In this document: piece by piece, positions 37,850 through 50,449 of the stretch
How positions within the stretch are numbered: the stretch's first letter is position 1
Layout of the letters: every line of letters starts with the position of its first letter
Assembly (NCBI RefSeq): GCF_009914755.1
Contig: NC_060941.1
DNA from: the human T2T-CHM13v2.0 reference genome, Homo sapiens
Reading direction: 5' to 3' (one strand)
Length of the DNA: 64,000 nucleotides
Program-made: the position numbers and the translations under genes
The notes under the pieces: model-generated
Databases searched by the model: none
What the model saw: the letters and a program-made list of their open reading frames with translations, nothing else
What the model was told of the DNA's origin: nothing

Positions 37850-38710
37850 AAGTCACTGTCTTTTTTCTGGCCCTTAAATGCTGTATAGGACATTTCTTCC
37901 TATTCTCCGTAGCCTCATTGCAGCATTACACATTACTGACCACATTACCAACTTTTTTGTATCATCGTCCCTTGGTTTCCACAGTGTTACACTATCTCGG
38001 TTTTATACGTTTCTTCATATCCTTTTCTCTGTTTGATTATTAGTTAATCCATTTCCTCTGGCAACTGGATTGAAACAAAGTTCAGTCCTTAACCTCTGCT
38101 CTTCTATCCCTTGGAGCAGCTGTATTACTTCTGCACTAATTGTTCCTAAATCTATAAACTCAAATTTGACCACTTTCCTAAGTTCAAGTCCCACTTAAGC
38201 GATTGCTTGATGGACGTGTATATTTAGAAGTCTGCAATCATCTCGAACTCAAAACATCTAAAACATTACTGATCTTTCTAGAACTCCTGCTTCATCTTGG
38301 CTTCCTTAATTCCATCAATGGCACTGCTGTTTCCTAGGTCAAAACTTGAGAGAAGGCACTGACTTTCCATAACCTTTTTTTTCATATCTAGTTAGTCACC
38401 AATTTGTGTCAATTCCTCACTTATAGATTCTTTTGAATTTGTCCATTAATACCCATTTCCTAAGCCAAGTGTGGGTTAAATGACTGCATAGTCTTTCAGC
38501 TTGTTTTTCAGCTCCCCTTTCCAATATCCCCTGCATGGCACCATAAGATCAACCATCCGAAAGGGAGGAGTATGACTCTTTCATTATGTCTTTCCCTTTC
38601 TCACTAGTGGCCTGCCATCCTGCAGCTGAAAGACTTTCTTATTTTCTTGTCTTTCAAATTCTAACCTGCCTTCAAAGTCCAACCAAACTTCTTTTCCCTT
38701 CCATGATGTT
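37850..38710 (+). mobile_element. L2 body fragment
   Basis: cccttggtttccacagtgttacactatctcggttt...aatcatctcgaactcaaaacatctaaaac...ttcaaagtccaa. Confidence 0.7.
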
Positions 38711-38711
38711 T

Positions 38712-38910
38712 TGAATCCCGACTCTGCCACCTAGTAGCTGGATGACCTTGGGCAACCTACTTAAGCTCTCTGTTTCTGTTTGTTCATCTAAAAAGAAGTG
38801 AATATTCTAATAATGCCTGCATCATAGGATTGTGAGGAGAATTAAATGAGTTAGCATCTGGTTAGAGCACTCAGAACTGGTAATGGCTATATAACACATT
38901 AAATAAATAC
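38712..38910 (+). mobile_element. MIR
   Basis: tgaatcccgactctgccacctagtagctggatgaccttgggcaacctacttaagctctctg...gtgaggagaattaaatgagtta. Confidence 0.9.
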
Positions 38911-40042
38911 AAATGTGTATGTTCCCTAAGTATGCCAAATTGGAATATATCTCTTACCCTATGTTCACTACTAATATATCATAGATATAACCTTTATCTC
39001 CTCCATTTATTAAATTATGTTGTCGCTTACACTCCCAAGTAGGACATCTGTTAGCCACACATGGTCTGAAAGCTCATTGAAAGTAAAGGTCACATCATGT
39101 GTTTCTTTATATCTCCACAGTCCCTACTATCAGCCTTACCTACTGGAGCTATGCACGTAATGATTTAAGCATTGATTTGCTCCTGGCTTTCTGGATGTGC
39201 ACCCAGATTCTCTAATTCTCAATCTCACCATCTCTGCTTTATTTCTAAACCTCCCCTCACTGATCTTCTCCAGGGGCTTGGTGTGTGTGCTACAATCCAC
39301 CTCTCTTGTTAGCCATCTCTGAGCGCTACATTTATCAGGGACAGTGGGTGTTGGCAGGCAGACAAGAAACACAAATCTGTAGACAGCGCCACCACAAGCC
39401 AATCTTGCCAGTACAATTCCGCAGTTTGCTGACAGACGTGTGGTGATTTTCCAAGCCTCTAATATGGAATACCATAGGGCCTTTAAGGAGAAGTAGTTGA
39501 AGATTGGGGCAGCTGGCGATTTCCCCTCCATTTTCTATCTTTGAAAGGGCATGTGCCTGACATTTGACTCTAAAATGATCTGGGATGCCATAGCTGTCAC
39601 ATAAAGAATGGTCTAGCAATAGAGTGAAGTTTTGGATTGGAGTGGTGTGAATGCTTCAGCAAATCTTCTGAAGACCATCCAAAGCCACACATAAATAATG
39701 AGTTTGGAAGGGCAACAAGAATGCATGGGATGTGGCCTTCTGAATCACCCATATAGTGTTCCTGGAGTGGTGGGATATTTAGGATAAAGGATCATTCGCA
39801 AAAACTCATCAGGGTGTGTGTGGGGGGTGGGGGAGCAGGAATTATTTGAGCACAGCGTTCCAGTGCAGTTTGAATTTCCACACAAATCCTCACCCTGATG
39901 CTGTGACCTCAGCTGAAGCAGAACAATCAGTGTGGGGGTGGATAATTTCCACAAATTCATGAACTGTTTTACACTAAAGCAAGCTCAGACATCCTTAATC
40001 AAAAAGCACTTCTAACCACACATCAGTGAGTGTGTAAGATAG

Positions 40043-40375
<333 letters not shown>

Positions 40376-41559
40376 AGCTAGGGCTTACTTTATGGTCTAG
40401 GGAGTTTCATGGGAGTCAAAAAAGAAGTCACACAAATGCTGCTCTGATAATTTTGTCAACTGGGTGGAAACGACAAGTTGCAAATCTCCTTATTGTTTTG
40501 TCCCTCCACACTTATGTCAAGAGTAGCTATTGGCCAAGTTCACTCCATGAAGAGTAAATCATTCCTCTGGCCCAACAAAAGGTTCTTTTGCAACACATAA
40601 CATTTGTAAGCTAGTGATGGGCTCAATGGACACTGGCCAAGAACTTTAATCATCTGCACCACATGCCTAAAGGGCTAACTCACCTCAAACAGGCTTACAG
40701 AATGAAATTCAGACCCTGGAAAATTCTGGCTCTAAAGACAGGAAGCTCCACCTCTAGAAGGCTCTCCACGCTTCAGACTTTTGTTTCTTCATCCATCCTA
40801 TCCTGTATTTCCTCATGCTGAAGCCTTCATTTCTTGAGAACCAGGGTGGTCCCAAAGCAGCAGCACCTGTGTTTTACAGGTGAATTTGAGCTATTTGGCT
40901 TTGATACACCTTTTCCAGTTTGTGTTTTGCTGTAGGAGTTTTGTTATTGTAGACTCTCTGTAATTTGCCTTCTGTTTACCTCTCCAATGCGAACTAACTT
41001 CTCCTCCACCCTACTCACACTCCACACAAGCCATTCACACAAATACTCTATGATTCCCCACTCCCACCATTTTTTCTATTTGGTCAGTTTTCCCAGAGGC
41101 GCGATCTGATCACTCACCCAGGAATGCATTTGGAGGCTGAGACAGATGACCCTCACCAATGAATATGAATGAATGTTTAGTTAGTATTCACAGGAAGCTG
41201 AGATTCTCAGGAAGAGAAGACATTGCGAAGAATTCCAATGATGAGAAGGAGAACAATTAGGGGTGGGGTTGGGGGGTAGTTTGGGGCTTTTTTATGTTTA
41301 GATGAGAGGCCAAGTTTGGGGGCTTCACGCATGGTAGGCTAGAGGCTGCACTGTTTGAAATTCCAGCCAGCTCAGAGAGGTCTTTCTTGTCAGGTATCAA
41401 AGGCAGTGGTGGAGAGGATGGTTGAGCACAGAAGGGATTCCAGGATCCTGCCAACACTCAAGTGCCAAAGTTGGAGTCATCCCCTTTATGACACTTGCAA
41501 ACCTCTTCACTTTCACACAAGCAGCCCCTCCTTGGGACACACGCCAGCTTGTCCCCCCA

Positions 41560-42352
41560 AAACTCCCCTTATGAGCCACCTCCTCTAGAGCCCTTTCCTG
41601 ACTCTCACTCAGCTGCAATGGACCATTCTCTTCTCTGCTACAATCATGTTCTGTGCTTGCCTCTATTTTTATAGTACCTATCATATTTGATCTTTGCAGT
41701 AGATTGAATTGTGTTCTCTCAAAAGATATATCCAAACCCTAAGCCCCATTACTTTATGAATGTGACCTGATTTGGAAATAAGATATTTGCAGATATAATT
41801 AAGTCAAGGGTCTTTGGATGAGGTCATCCTGGGTTTAGCATGGGCTATAAATCCAGTGATGCGTCCTTATAAGATAAAGGAGAGGGATATGTGACACAGA
41901 GACACAAGGAGAAGGCCAAGTGAAGCCGAACACAGAGATTGGAATTACGCAGCTACAAGCCAACGAATCCCAAGGACTGCCAGCAGCCACCAGAAGCCAG
42001 GAGAGAGGCATGGAATGGATTCTTCTGCAAAGTCTCCAGAAAGAACCAACCTTGCTGACGCCTGGATTTCAGACTTCTGTCCCCCAGAACTGTGAGAGGT
42101 TAAGTGGAGGCTTTTTCAAGCCACCAAGTGTGTGATAATCTGCTATAGTAACCCTAGCAAACTGATCACTTTATAATCATCAGTCTGGATTTTTATCCTT
42201 ATCACAAGAGCTGTGTGCTCCCAGAGGGCAGAGGTTGTCATTTGTTCATCTTTGGATCCCTCCAGCCTAGCACAAGTGCCTGACACAAACAGAGGCGCAT
42301 CTGAAAAAAAAAAAAAAAAAAAAAAAAAAAAACAGCCCAAACCAAATGAATG
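41560..42352 (+). mobile_element. L2 3' end interrupted by MLT1C
   Basis: cctcctctagagccctttcctgac...(LTR)...ccagcctagcacaagtgcctgacacaaacagagg...aaatgaatg. Confidence 0.7.
41695..42168 (+). mobile_element. MLT1C-like MaLR solo LTR
   Basis: gattgaattgtgttc...gaatgtgacctgatttggaaataag...ccagcagccaccagaagc...ccagaactgtgaga...ccctagcaaactgatca. Confidence 0.9.
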
Positions 42353-43474
42353 CAGAGGCAAAAGGACCACAGAAATTCTCTCTACAGCAGGAGGACTTCT
42401 ATTGAATCTATCAGCTATGGTGAAATCATGAAGGGCTCCATGTGAAAAATCAAGAGTACACCACAGGTTGCACTTTAGGTCAGGCTGTTTCTTTACTTTT
42501 TGCCTGCAGGTGGACTTCTAGAACTATTGGGTGATGGGAAAAGTCCATGCACCAGTCTACACAGGCACTAAAGTACTTTGGCATGCATCCAACCTTTCTC
42601 TCTGAGTCCATGTTAATCAGGTTTACCCAGGAGATAGACAAGTAGCTTGGGTACTCTGATTTAAACCGCATGCCCTCGCGGGAGTCCCTAGAATGAGAGT
42701 TCCAATGCTGCAGAGAATCTGTTGTTTGGTTTGGGTGCTTTCTTCTCTCACTGAGCAAAAAGATGGGTTTTTTTCCTCAGGAGGAGGTGAGTGAGTGAGG
42801 ATAAAATTATTTACTTAGGGACCACCTAGGCCAGGTCTGAAAATTCAGCCCAGGTGGGAAACTTCAGTCCAGTGAGGGTTCTTTGTTTTTGTTAAAGAAA
42901 AAGAAATTGCAGATGGACAGCCGAGGAGCATTGGAGCAGATGTCTGAGGCACAAATCCCTGAAGCAGACCCAGGGACCACTGCCCTTTCCTGCTTTCCAT
43001 CGCCTCATTTTACAGGTGACAAACAGCCTGGCCACTTGTTTAAAGCTCAGGATTTTCTTTTTCCTCCTTCTCTTCTCTTACCCTTTTTTTTTTCTAAAAA
43101 CCACAAGAGTGTTAGGTGATTTTTCCCTCCCTGCCTAGGGAACATTTATTACAGATGCTTAATCTTTCCCCTCTCCTTGGGGCAGCTCAGGCCCTCATAC
43201 CAGGAAGGAGCTGAATCGTTGCCTTGGCAGAAACACTGCCCACACAAAAGGGGTAGGTGTTTTTAATTTTATCTTGTTCTATAAGGCAGGCATGGGTGAG
43301 AAACAAGCAGTGAGTGTGCACTGAGCAGGCAATGGGAATTAGAAACCATGGAATGGGTACAAAAGAAATTAAAGGATCTTTCCCTGACTTCAGTGAGCTG
43401 TCAGACCAACAGACAGACATAAAGGGAGTCAGAAAAATAGAATGTTTTTTGCTAGCAGATGTGTAAAACCTGTA

Positions 43475-45854
43475 GTATTAGTCCATTCTCATGCTGCCAT
43501 AAAGAACTGCCCAAGATTGGGTAGTTTATAAAGGAAAGAGGGTTAATTGACTCACAGTTCTACATTGCTGGGGAGGCCTCAGGAACCTTACAATCATGGC
43601 AGAAGGCAAAGGAAAAGCAGGCACCTTCTTCACAGAGCAGCAGGATTGAGTGTCAAGTGAAGGGAGAAGCCCCTGATAAAACCATCAGATCTCATGAGAA
43701 CTAACTCACTGTCACAATAATAGCATCAGGAAAACCACCCCCATGATTCAATTACCTCCACCTCGTCCCACCCTTGACACGTGGGGATTACTGGAATTAC
43801 AATTCAAGGTGAAATTTGGGTGGACACATAGCCAAACCATATTATTCTGCCCCTGGACCCTCCCAAATCTCCTGTCCTCACATTTCAAAACCAATCATGC
43901 GTTCCCAACAGTCCTCCAAAGTCTTAACTCACATCAGCATTAACTCAAAAGTCCACAGGCCAAAGTCTCAGCTGAGACAAGGCAAGTTTTCAAAACTAAT
44001 TATGCCTTCCAAACAATTGCCTGAGGTCTTAACTCATTCCAGCATTAACTCAAAAGTTCACAGTCCAAAGTCTCATCTGAGACAAGACAAGTTCCTTCCA
44101 CCTATGAGCCTGTAAAATCAAAAGCAAGTTAGTTACTTCCTAGATACAATGGGGGTATAGGCATTGTGTAAATACACCCATTCTAAATGTGAGAAATTGG
44201 CCAAAACTAAGGGGCTACAGGCCCCATGCAAGTCCAAAATCCAGTGGGGCAGTCATTAAACCTTAAAGTTCCAGAATGATCCCCTTTGACTCCATGTGTC
44301 ACATCCAGATTATGCTGATGCAAGAAGTGAGCTCTCATGACCTTGGACAGCTCTACCCTGTGGCTTTGCAGGGTACAGGCCCCCTCTCAGCTGCTTTCAT
44401 GGCTGGCATTGAGTGTCTGCAGTTTTTCCAGGTGCATGGTGCAGCCTGTTAGTGGATCTACCATTCTGGGGTCTGGAGAACAGTGAGCCTCTTCTCACAG
44501 CTCCACTAGGTCATGCCCCAGTGGGGACTGTATGTGGGGGCTCCAACCCTACATTTTTCTTCCATACTGCCCTGGTGGAGGTTCTCCATGAAGGCTCTGC
44601 CCCTGCAGCAAACTTCTGCCTGGACATCCAGGCATTTCCACCCATCCCAAACCTCAATTTTTAAGGTTCCCAAACCTCAGTTTTTGACTTTTATGCACCC
44701 ACAAACCCAACACCATGTGTTAGCCACTGAGACTTAGGGTTTGCACCCCCTGAAGCAATGGCCTGAGCTGTGCATTGGCCCCTTTTAGCTGTGGCTGGAG
44801 CTGAAGCAGCTGGGATGCAGGGCACTGTGTGCTGAGGCTGTATAAAGCAGGGAGGCCCTGGGCCCTGGGCCAGGAAACCATTTTTACCCCCTGGCCTCCA
44901 AGGCTGTGATAGGAGGGACTGAAGGTCTCTGACATGCCCTGGAGACATTTTCCTCGTTGTCTTGGTGATTAACTTTCAGCTCCTTGTTAGTTATGCAAAT
45001 TTCTACAACCAGCTTGAATTTCTCCCCCAGAAAATGGGGTTTTCTTTTTTGTGGCATCATCAGGCTGCAAATTTTCCAAACTTTTATGTCTGCTTCCTCT
45101 TGAGTGCTTTGCCACTTAGAAATTTCTTCTGCCAGATACCCTAAAACATCTCTCTCAAGTTCAAAGTTCCACAGATCTCTAGGGCCAGGGCAAAATGGCA
45201 CCAGTCTCTTTGCTAAAGTATAACAAGAGTTGCCTTTGCCTCATTTCCCAACAAGTTCCTCATCTCCATCTGAGACCACTTCAGCCTGGACATGTCATTG
45301 TCCATACCACTATCAGCATTTTGGTCAAGCCGTTCAACAAGTTTCTAGGAAGTTCCAAACCTTCCCACATCTTCCTGTCTTCTTCTGAGCCTTCCAAACT
45401 GTTCCAGCCTCTGCCTGTTACCCAGTTCCAAAGTCCCTTCCACATTTTTGGGTATCCTTATAGCAGCACCTCACTCTACTGGTACCAATTTATTGTAGTA
45501 GTCCATTCTCATGCTGCTATAAAGAACTGCCTGAGACTGGGTAATTTATAAAGGAAAGAGGTTTAATTGGCTCACAGTTTCACATTACTAGGGAGGCCTC
45601 AGGAAACTTACAATCATGGTGGAAGACAAAGGAGAAGCAGGCACCTTCTTCACAGGGCAGCAGGATGGAGTGAGTACTGATCAAAAGGGGAAGCCCCTGA
45701 TAAAACCATCAGATCTCATGAGAACTAATTCCCTATCATGAGAACCGCCCCCATGATTCACTTATCTCCACCTGGTCCCACCCTTGACGTGTGGGGATTA
45801 TTGGAACTACAATTCAAGATGAGATTTTGGTGGGGACACAGCCAAAATTTATCA
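43475..45854 (-). mobile_element. complete THE1C/D MaLR element (3' LTR 43475-43844, internal 43845-45493, 5' LTR 45494-45854)
   Basis: Two similar LTRs (tagtccattctcatgctg...gccaaaccatatta / gccaaaatttatca); PPT complement ttctgcccctggaccctccc next to the left LTR; exact TSD ctgta at 43470-43474 and 45855-45859. Confidence 0.95.
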
Positions 45855-45869
45855 CTGTACTTTTCATTT

Positions 45870-47230
45870 TTCAAGAAATCTTCATATCCATGATGTTATT
45901 TCATCTTCAGAAGATTCCTGGGATATAAAGCAGGTGTATGACTTTCAGTTTCCAGATATGGAAACAGAGAGGTTATGGGAATGGACTACTTGTGTCAAGT
46001 TAAGATAAAAATCTCAACCTGTTAGCTACAACTTCTACTTGCCACTTTAATAAGGGTGGCTACCCTCTGCTGGATCCTTCTTCTCTGCCAGATCCTGTTC
46101 TAAGCATTATTTCATTGAATCTTCATAAGTGCTCTCTAAAGGAAGAACTGGTGTTACTCCTGTCTTACAGATAAAGAAACTGAGACTTATCCAGATAACA
46201 CAGCTAGTTATTGTTGAAACCAGAATTCAAAACCAAGTCTGTCTAACTCAAAAACTCTTTTTTCTTGTAGCTCTAAGATTTTAAAATTTCATTTGATGAG
46301 AGGGTGCAGAGTAAAGTAGCAGTTAGCATTAGAGGACTTGATCAAGGAAATTTCTTAGCAGATGTAAACATTGGCATCCACTTAAATGGAAACAAAATGG
46401 AAGGTAACATTTATTGCATAGTTAAAATAGGTGAATCCCTTTAGAAGTGACACTAATCTAGCATTCTTTACACGAATGGGATGATTCTCCTAATTTTACA
46501 GGAAAGAGGCTAAGGCTTGGAGAGATTGAATACCCTGCTTGCAGTCCCACAGCTAGGACATAGAGACAGGATTCACATTTGGGTTTGTTTGACCTCAGAC
46601 AATTCACATGTTTCCGCTCTGCCATGCTTAATTGTGCTATGAAGGTGGAAGGTGACTGCAGGTCAGATTGCACAAGGTTGAGCATGTTCTAGTCGTTTAC
46701 AAGGGGACCTGCAGGGACTTTGATCAGAACCACCTATCTGTGTTGGAGGAGAACATAGGTATGACACAGCTAAAATGTTTAGGAGGAAAAAAAAAAATGG
46801 CAAAACTTGGTAGCAGTAGACTTTTATCTTCTCTTTTGATAAATTCTTAAAAGTTTTCTTTTGCCCAATAGCAGAACAAATAACTGCACATTTCCATTAA
46901 TTATTTACTTTCCTTCAGATTCTTTTGACATTTCTATCATGTGCTGACAGATGCAAACACCCTCTTATTTTGTCTCTCTAAGGCTACATTTGTGGAGAGT
47001 AATGTTAATGACTGCTACTATTTTTTTGAGTACTTACAATGAGGTAGCCACACATTTGCTTACGTCATTCTCCCAACAACCATGAAAGGTACGTATTATT
47101 TATCCCAATATTCAGATGAGGTAACTGCAGGCAAGAGAGGTTATATAATTCATTCAGGTCACACGGGGAGCAAATGGCAGAGTCAAGACATAAACTTGGG
47201 TCTGTGTGATTCCAAAATATATTCTCTTTC
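45870..47230 (-). mobile_element. cluster of MIR fragments (~45870-46040, 46090-46260, 46400-46630, 47010-47230)
   Basis: Repeated antisense MIR cores: ttacagataaagaaactgag, ttttacaggaaagaggctaaggc, ttcagatgaggtaactgcaggc. Confidence 0.7.
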
Positions 47231-48311
47231 TGTTGCCTGAAGGTAACTGGATAGGCTGTACATGGAGGCAGTGGCGGGGTGGGTGAGAGGGGGTAGTCTT
47301 TTCCGGTCATGTTTGTGTATTTTAATTTGAGATAATAAATAATAGGGAAGGAGATGACATGATGAAAGTGGTGTTTGGGGCAAGTGGGGAGAGACTGGAG
47401 GCAAGAAACCCCTTTTTCACAGGCCATGAATAGTAATAGGAATTTGAAATCTTGGGCACCTGGATAAAGGATGGTGGCTGTAGAAATAGAAAATGATGTC
47501 TTGGGATGAGTAAGCTCTGTAGAAAAATAACTGGTGAGACTTGAATCATAACTAAAGGAAAAGGAAGAGCTGAAATGGCACCAACGGCAAGTTCTCAGGA
47601 GGTACAGTCACAGTATCATCACTGTGAGAAAGGATATGAAAAGGGTTTTGAAGGCCAGCATTGTTTCCTCCTCAGGCTTAAACAGAGAGGGCTAGAGGCA
47701 GGGCAGCCACTGTGAATGACTGGGCCACATGCACTTGTGCCAGTGCCTTTACAGGTGGTCACAGGTAAAGAAAGAGCTTCCTTGGAAAGGAGAATTTCAC
47801 CATTCTCAGTCCCTCCCCAGATGAGAAGCCTTGAGGTTATGCTGGCTAAGAGCTGGGAGAAGTATGCTTGAGGCCAGTGAGAAAAAGAAAAACCTGTGCT
47901 GAGCCACACATGTGTCTACACACCTGGCATGGCAATCCTGTTCTCCATGACGACATCCCTCCCTACCCCTCCACAAGCCCAGCCTCCCTGCAGGAGGATT
48001 CGGGAAGACTGCCTCTGGAGCTGTCCAGCTTCCAGGGTTGGAAGGAAGCCTTTATCAATCCCATCACCACTTCAAACAAAGCCATGCTTTCTGAGGAGGT
48101 GTAGATCTTATTATATTATTTTGTTTTCCATTCTTTTCTATCAGTTCACTGGATCACCCTCTCTTTTGCTGAGTAGCATGTTGACATTTTTTATGACTCT
48201 CTGTTACCCTAAGAATATTTCTACGTAAGTTTTTTGGCCTGAATTATTGACAACAGCTACAAATCCCTGCCTGCAGACACCTATGCACACACTGGAAAGT
48301 TCCATATAGGG

Positions 48312-48665
48312 CAAAGGTCACAAAGTGGCAGCCCAGAAACTAGATGTGGTCCACCAATATGTAATTTTCTTTGACCTACACAATGTTTGTTAACACTTGG
48401 AATCAACATGATTAAGTTGGGAAATTTCACACATTTTCACATTTCTAGCTTCTCTTAAAAATATGAAAAGACGTGGCAGTCCTGGGTCAGAACCCCACAT
48501 GTCAGTAAGCAGCTGGAGCTGGGTTACCGATACCCCCTTTAGACGTAGCATTCGGTCCCTATTTTGCCACAGTCTCCACCACTCTTTATTACCTGACACA
48601 AAGCCCACTGCCCTCATTTGTCTCACTTAGCTGGCCTCTGTAGGCATTTAACTTTGAGATCCCAA
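48312..48665 (+). mobile_element. MER102-type hAT-Charlie element
   Basis: ggtcacaaagtggcagccc...gctggagctggg...ccccttagac...gccacagtctccaccact...ctgtaggcatttaactttgagatccc. Confidence 0.8.
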
Positions 48666-50391
48666 TGTGTGGTAATGGTATTGGTTTAAGCAGAAGCTAG
48701 TTGGTGCCCACAAGTTATAAATGCACTTGGGTAGTAGATACAACTGAATTCTAATTCCTTTCCCTTTCCTTTAGGCATTCTTCTGCTCATCACATTCTCT
48801 TCCCAAAATGCTCAGCACCTTATGATGAATGCCGAGCACCAAAATATCGTCCCTTCCTGCCACTGTAGTGTAACATAACCCCAGGTTAGCCTCCTTCCAC
48901 CAAGACTCTCATTCCATGATGTCTCGCTTATCACTCCCTAGCCCAAGCAGAGTGACCTTGAGAGCTGACTCAGGGAGATATCAGTGACATTGCTGTCACT
49001 TGAGTCAATATTGGCAAAGGAAAGTGCAAGAGAAAGAATGTGATGAAGTAATTAGTTGATTATTTGGGAAAGGATTTGGGACACCGGGGAAGTGAATAGA
49101 GTGACCTGACCAGGTGGAATGATCAGCCTGGAGAGCTCACTCTGGGGACAGAGTGAGAGGCAGGATGGAGGGACAAGGACCTGACATGGGGAGCCCACTA
49201 GGGAAGTTGTGGCTGAGTGTTTCCAGGCTAAGAGTGTAGTCCCATCTCTGCTCACTCAGTGTGCAGCCACCTCTCTGGTCCTCAGTCTTCATCTGTGACC
49301 TCCTTATGACCTTATAGCATTGGTCCTCTATTACTCACTTTGGCACCTAACACCCTCTACCTGCTGTTTTCATCATGAAGGTGCAGTGAGGACAGGACCT
49401 GCTCCCTTTGGTTGGAATCTTCCCCTGGTTAGTGCTGTCAGCCATGCAAAGTTTGTATTGTGTCATCATCCCCTGAAGAAAATAAGAAGGGAATCTGGGT
49501 CCAGATATTCCCAAATGATATGAATGTCTAAAATGCTGGGTTTGTGGCTATGTGCCAGTTGTAATTTGTGCATTTTTTGGTAGTAGGTTTTGTTGGATTT
49601 AGATTAGTCTTTTTATAAAATAAGCAGCATGGTAGAGTGGAGAAAGTGCTGGGTTGGGGCTATTTCCAGCCTGTCTACTACTAGGAAACACGCCCTTAAA
49701 TGGGGCCTCTTTAGAGTAGATGGGCTGACAAAGCCAAGGGTATTGAAAAGAAGAAATAAGCACGTACCATGCAAGCCTAACTGGGCCTTTTTGCAACTCT
49801 GAGTTTCTGGGGTTTCATAGCCACAATCTGACCAACAGCACCACTGAGAGAGCTGGTTTTTATCCATTAAATAAAAGCATTACTTCCGTTACTCTCAGCT
49901 ACACTTACTGCAGTAAGCCTAAGTAACATTAAAGACCAAGTCACCTTCATCTTACATAGATTTTAAACTTTTTGAAGCGGGCAGATACTATACCTTCACC
50001 TTGACTTGAATCTTCCCTTGAGCTTAATGCAGCTGACACTCAACAAAACACTCACAAATTGACTCATTGCTGTTCAATTCTTGAGTATATGTATCATGCA
50101 CTTCCTATGTAACAAGCGTTTTACTAAGTATTAAAGAGTTTTTTTAAAGAAAAGGAATGAAGCATGGTGCCTTCCATCAAGGAGATTCCATTCTGGTAGA
50201 GGGCCATTCCTGTGATTATGTACACATGCAGCAACAACTAAATCCATTTGATAAGCATTCTGAGGAAAAACTGTAAAAAGTACTATGGAAGCTGAGGTTG
50301 GGGATAGTAATGGAAAGTTCCTGGGGTAACTGATGCCAGAGCTAAGCCTTGGAAGATGAGTAATATAAGAAGCTCACCATCTTGCAGGGAA

Positions 50392-50446
<55 letters not shown>
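50392..50446. repeat. (TA)n(TG)~20 microsatellite
   Basis: Seen directly. Confidence 0.97.

Positions 50447-50449
<3 letters not shown>

Noticed and set aside
43743-45551. Multiple ORFs within THE1 internal sequence
   Set aside because: Short fragments of a decayed non-autonomous MaLR; no intact gag or pol
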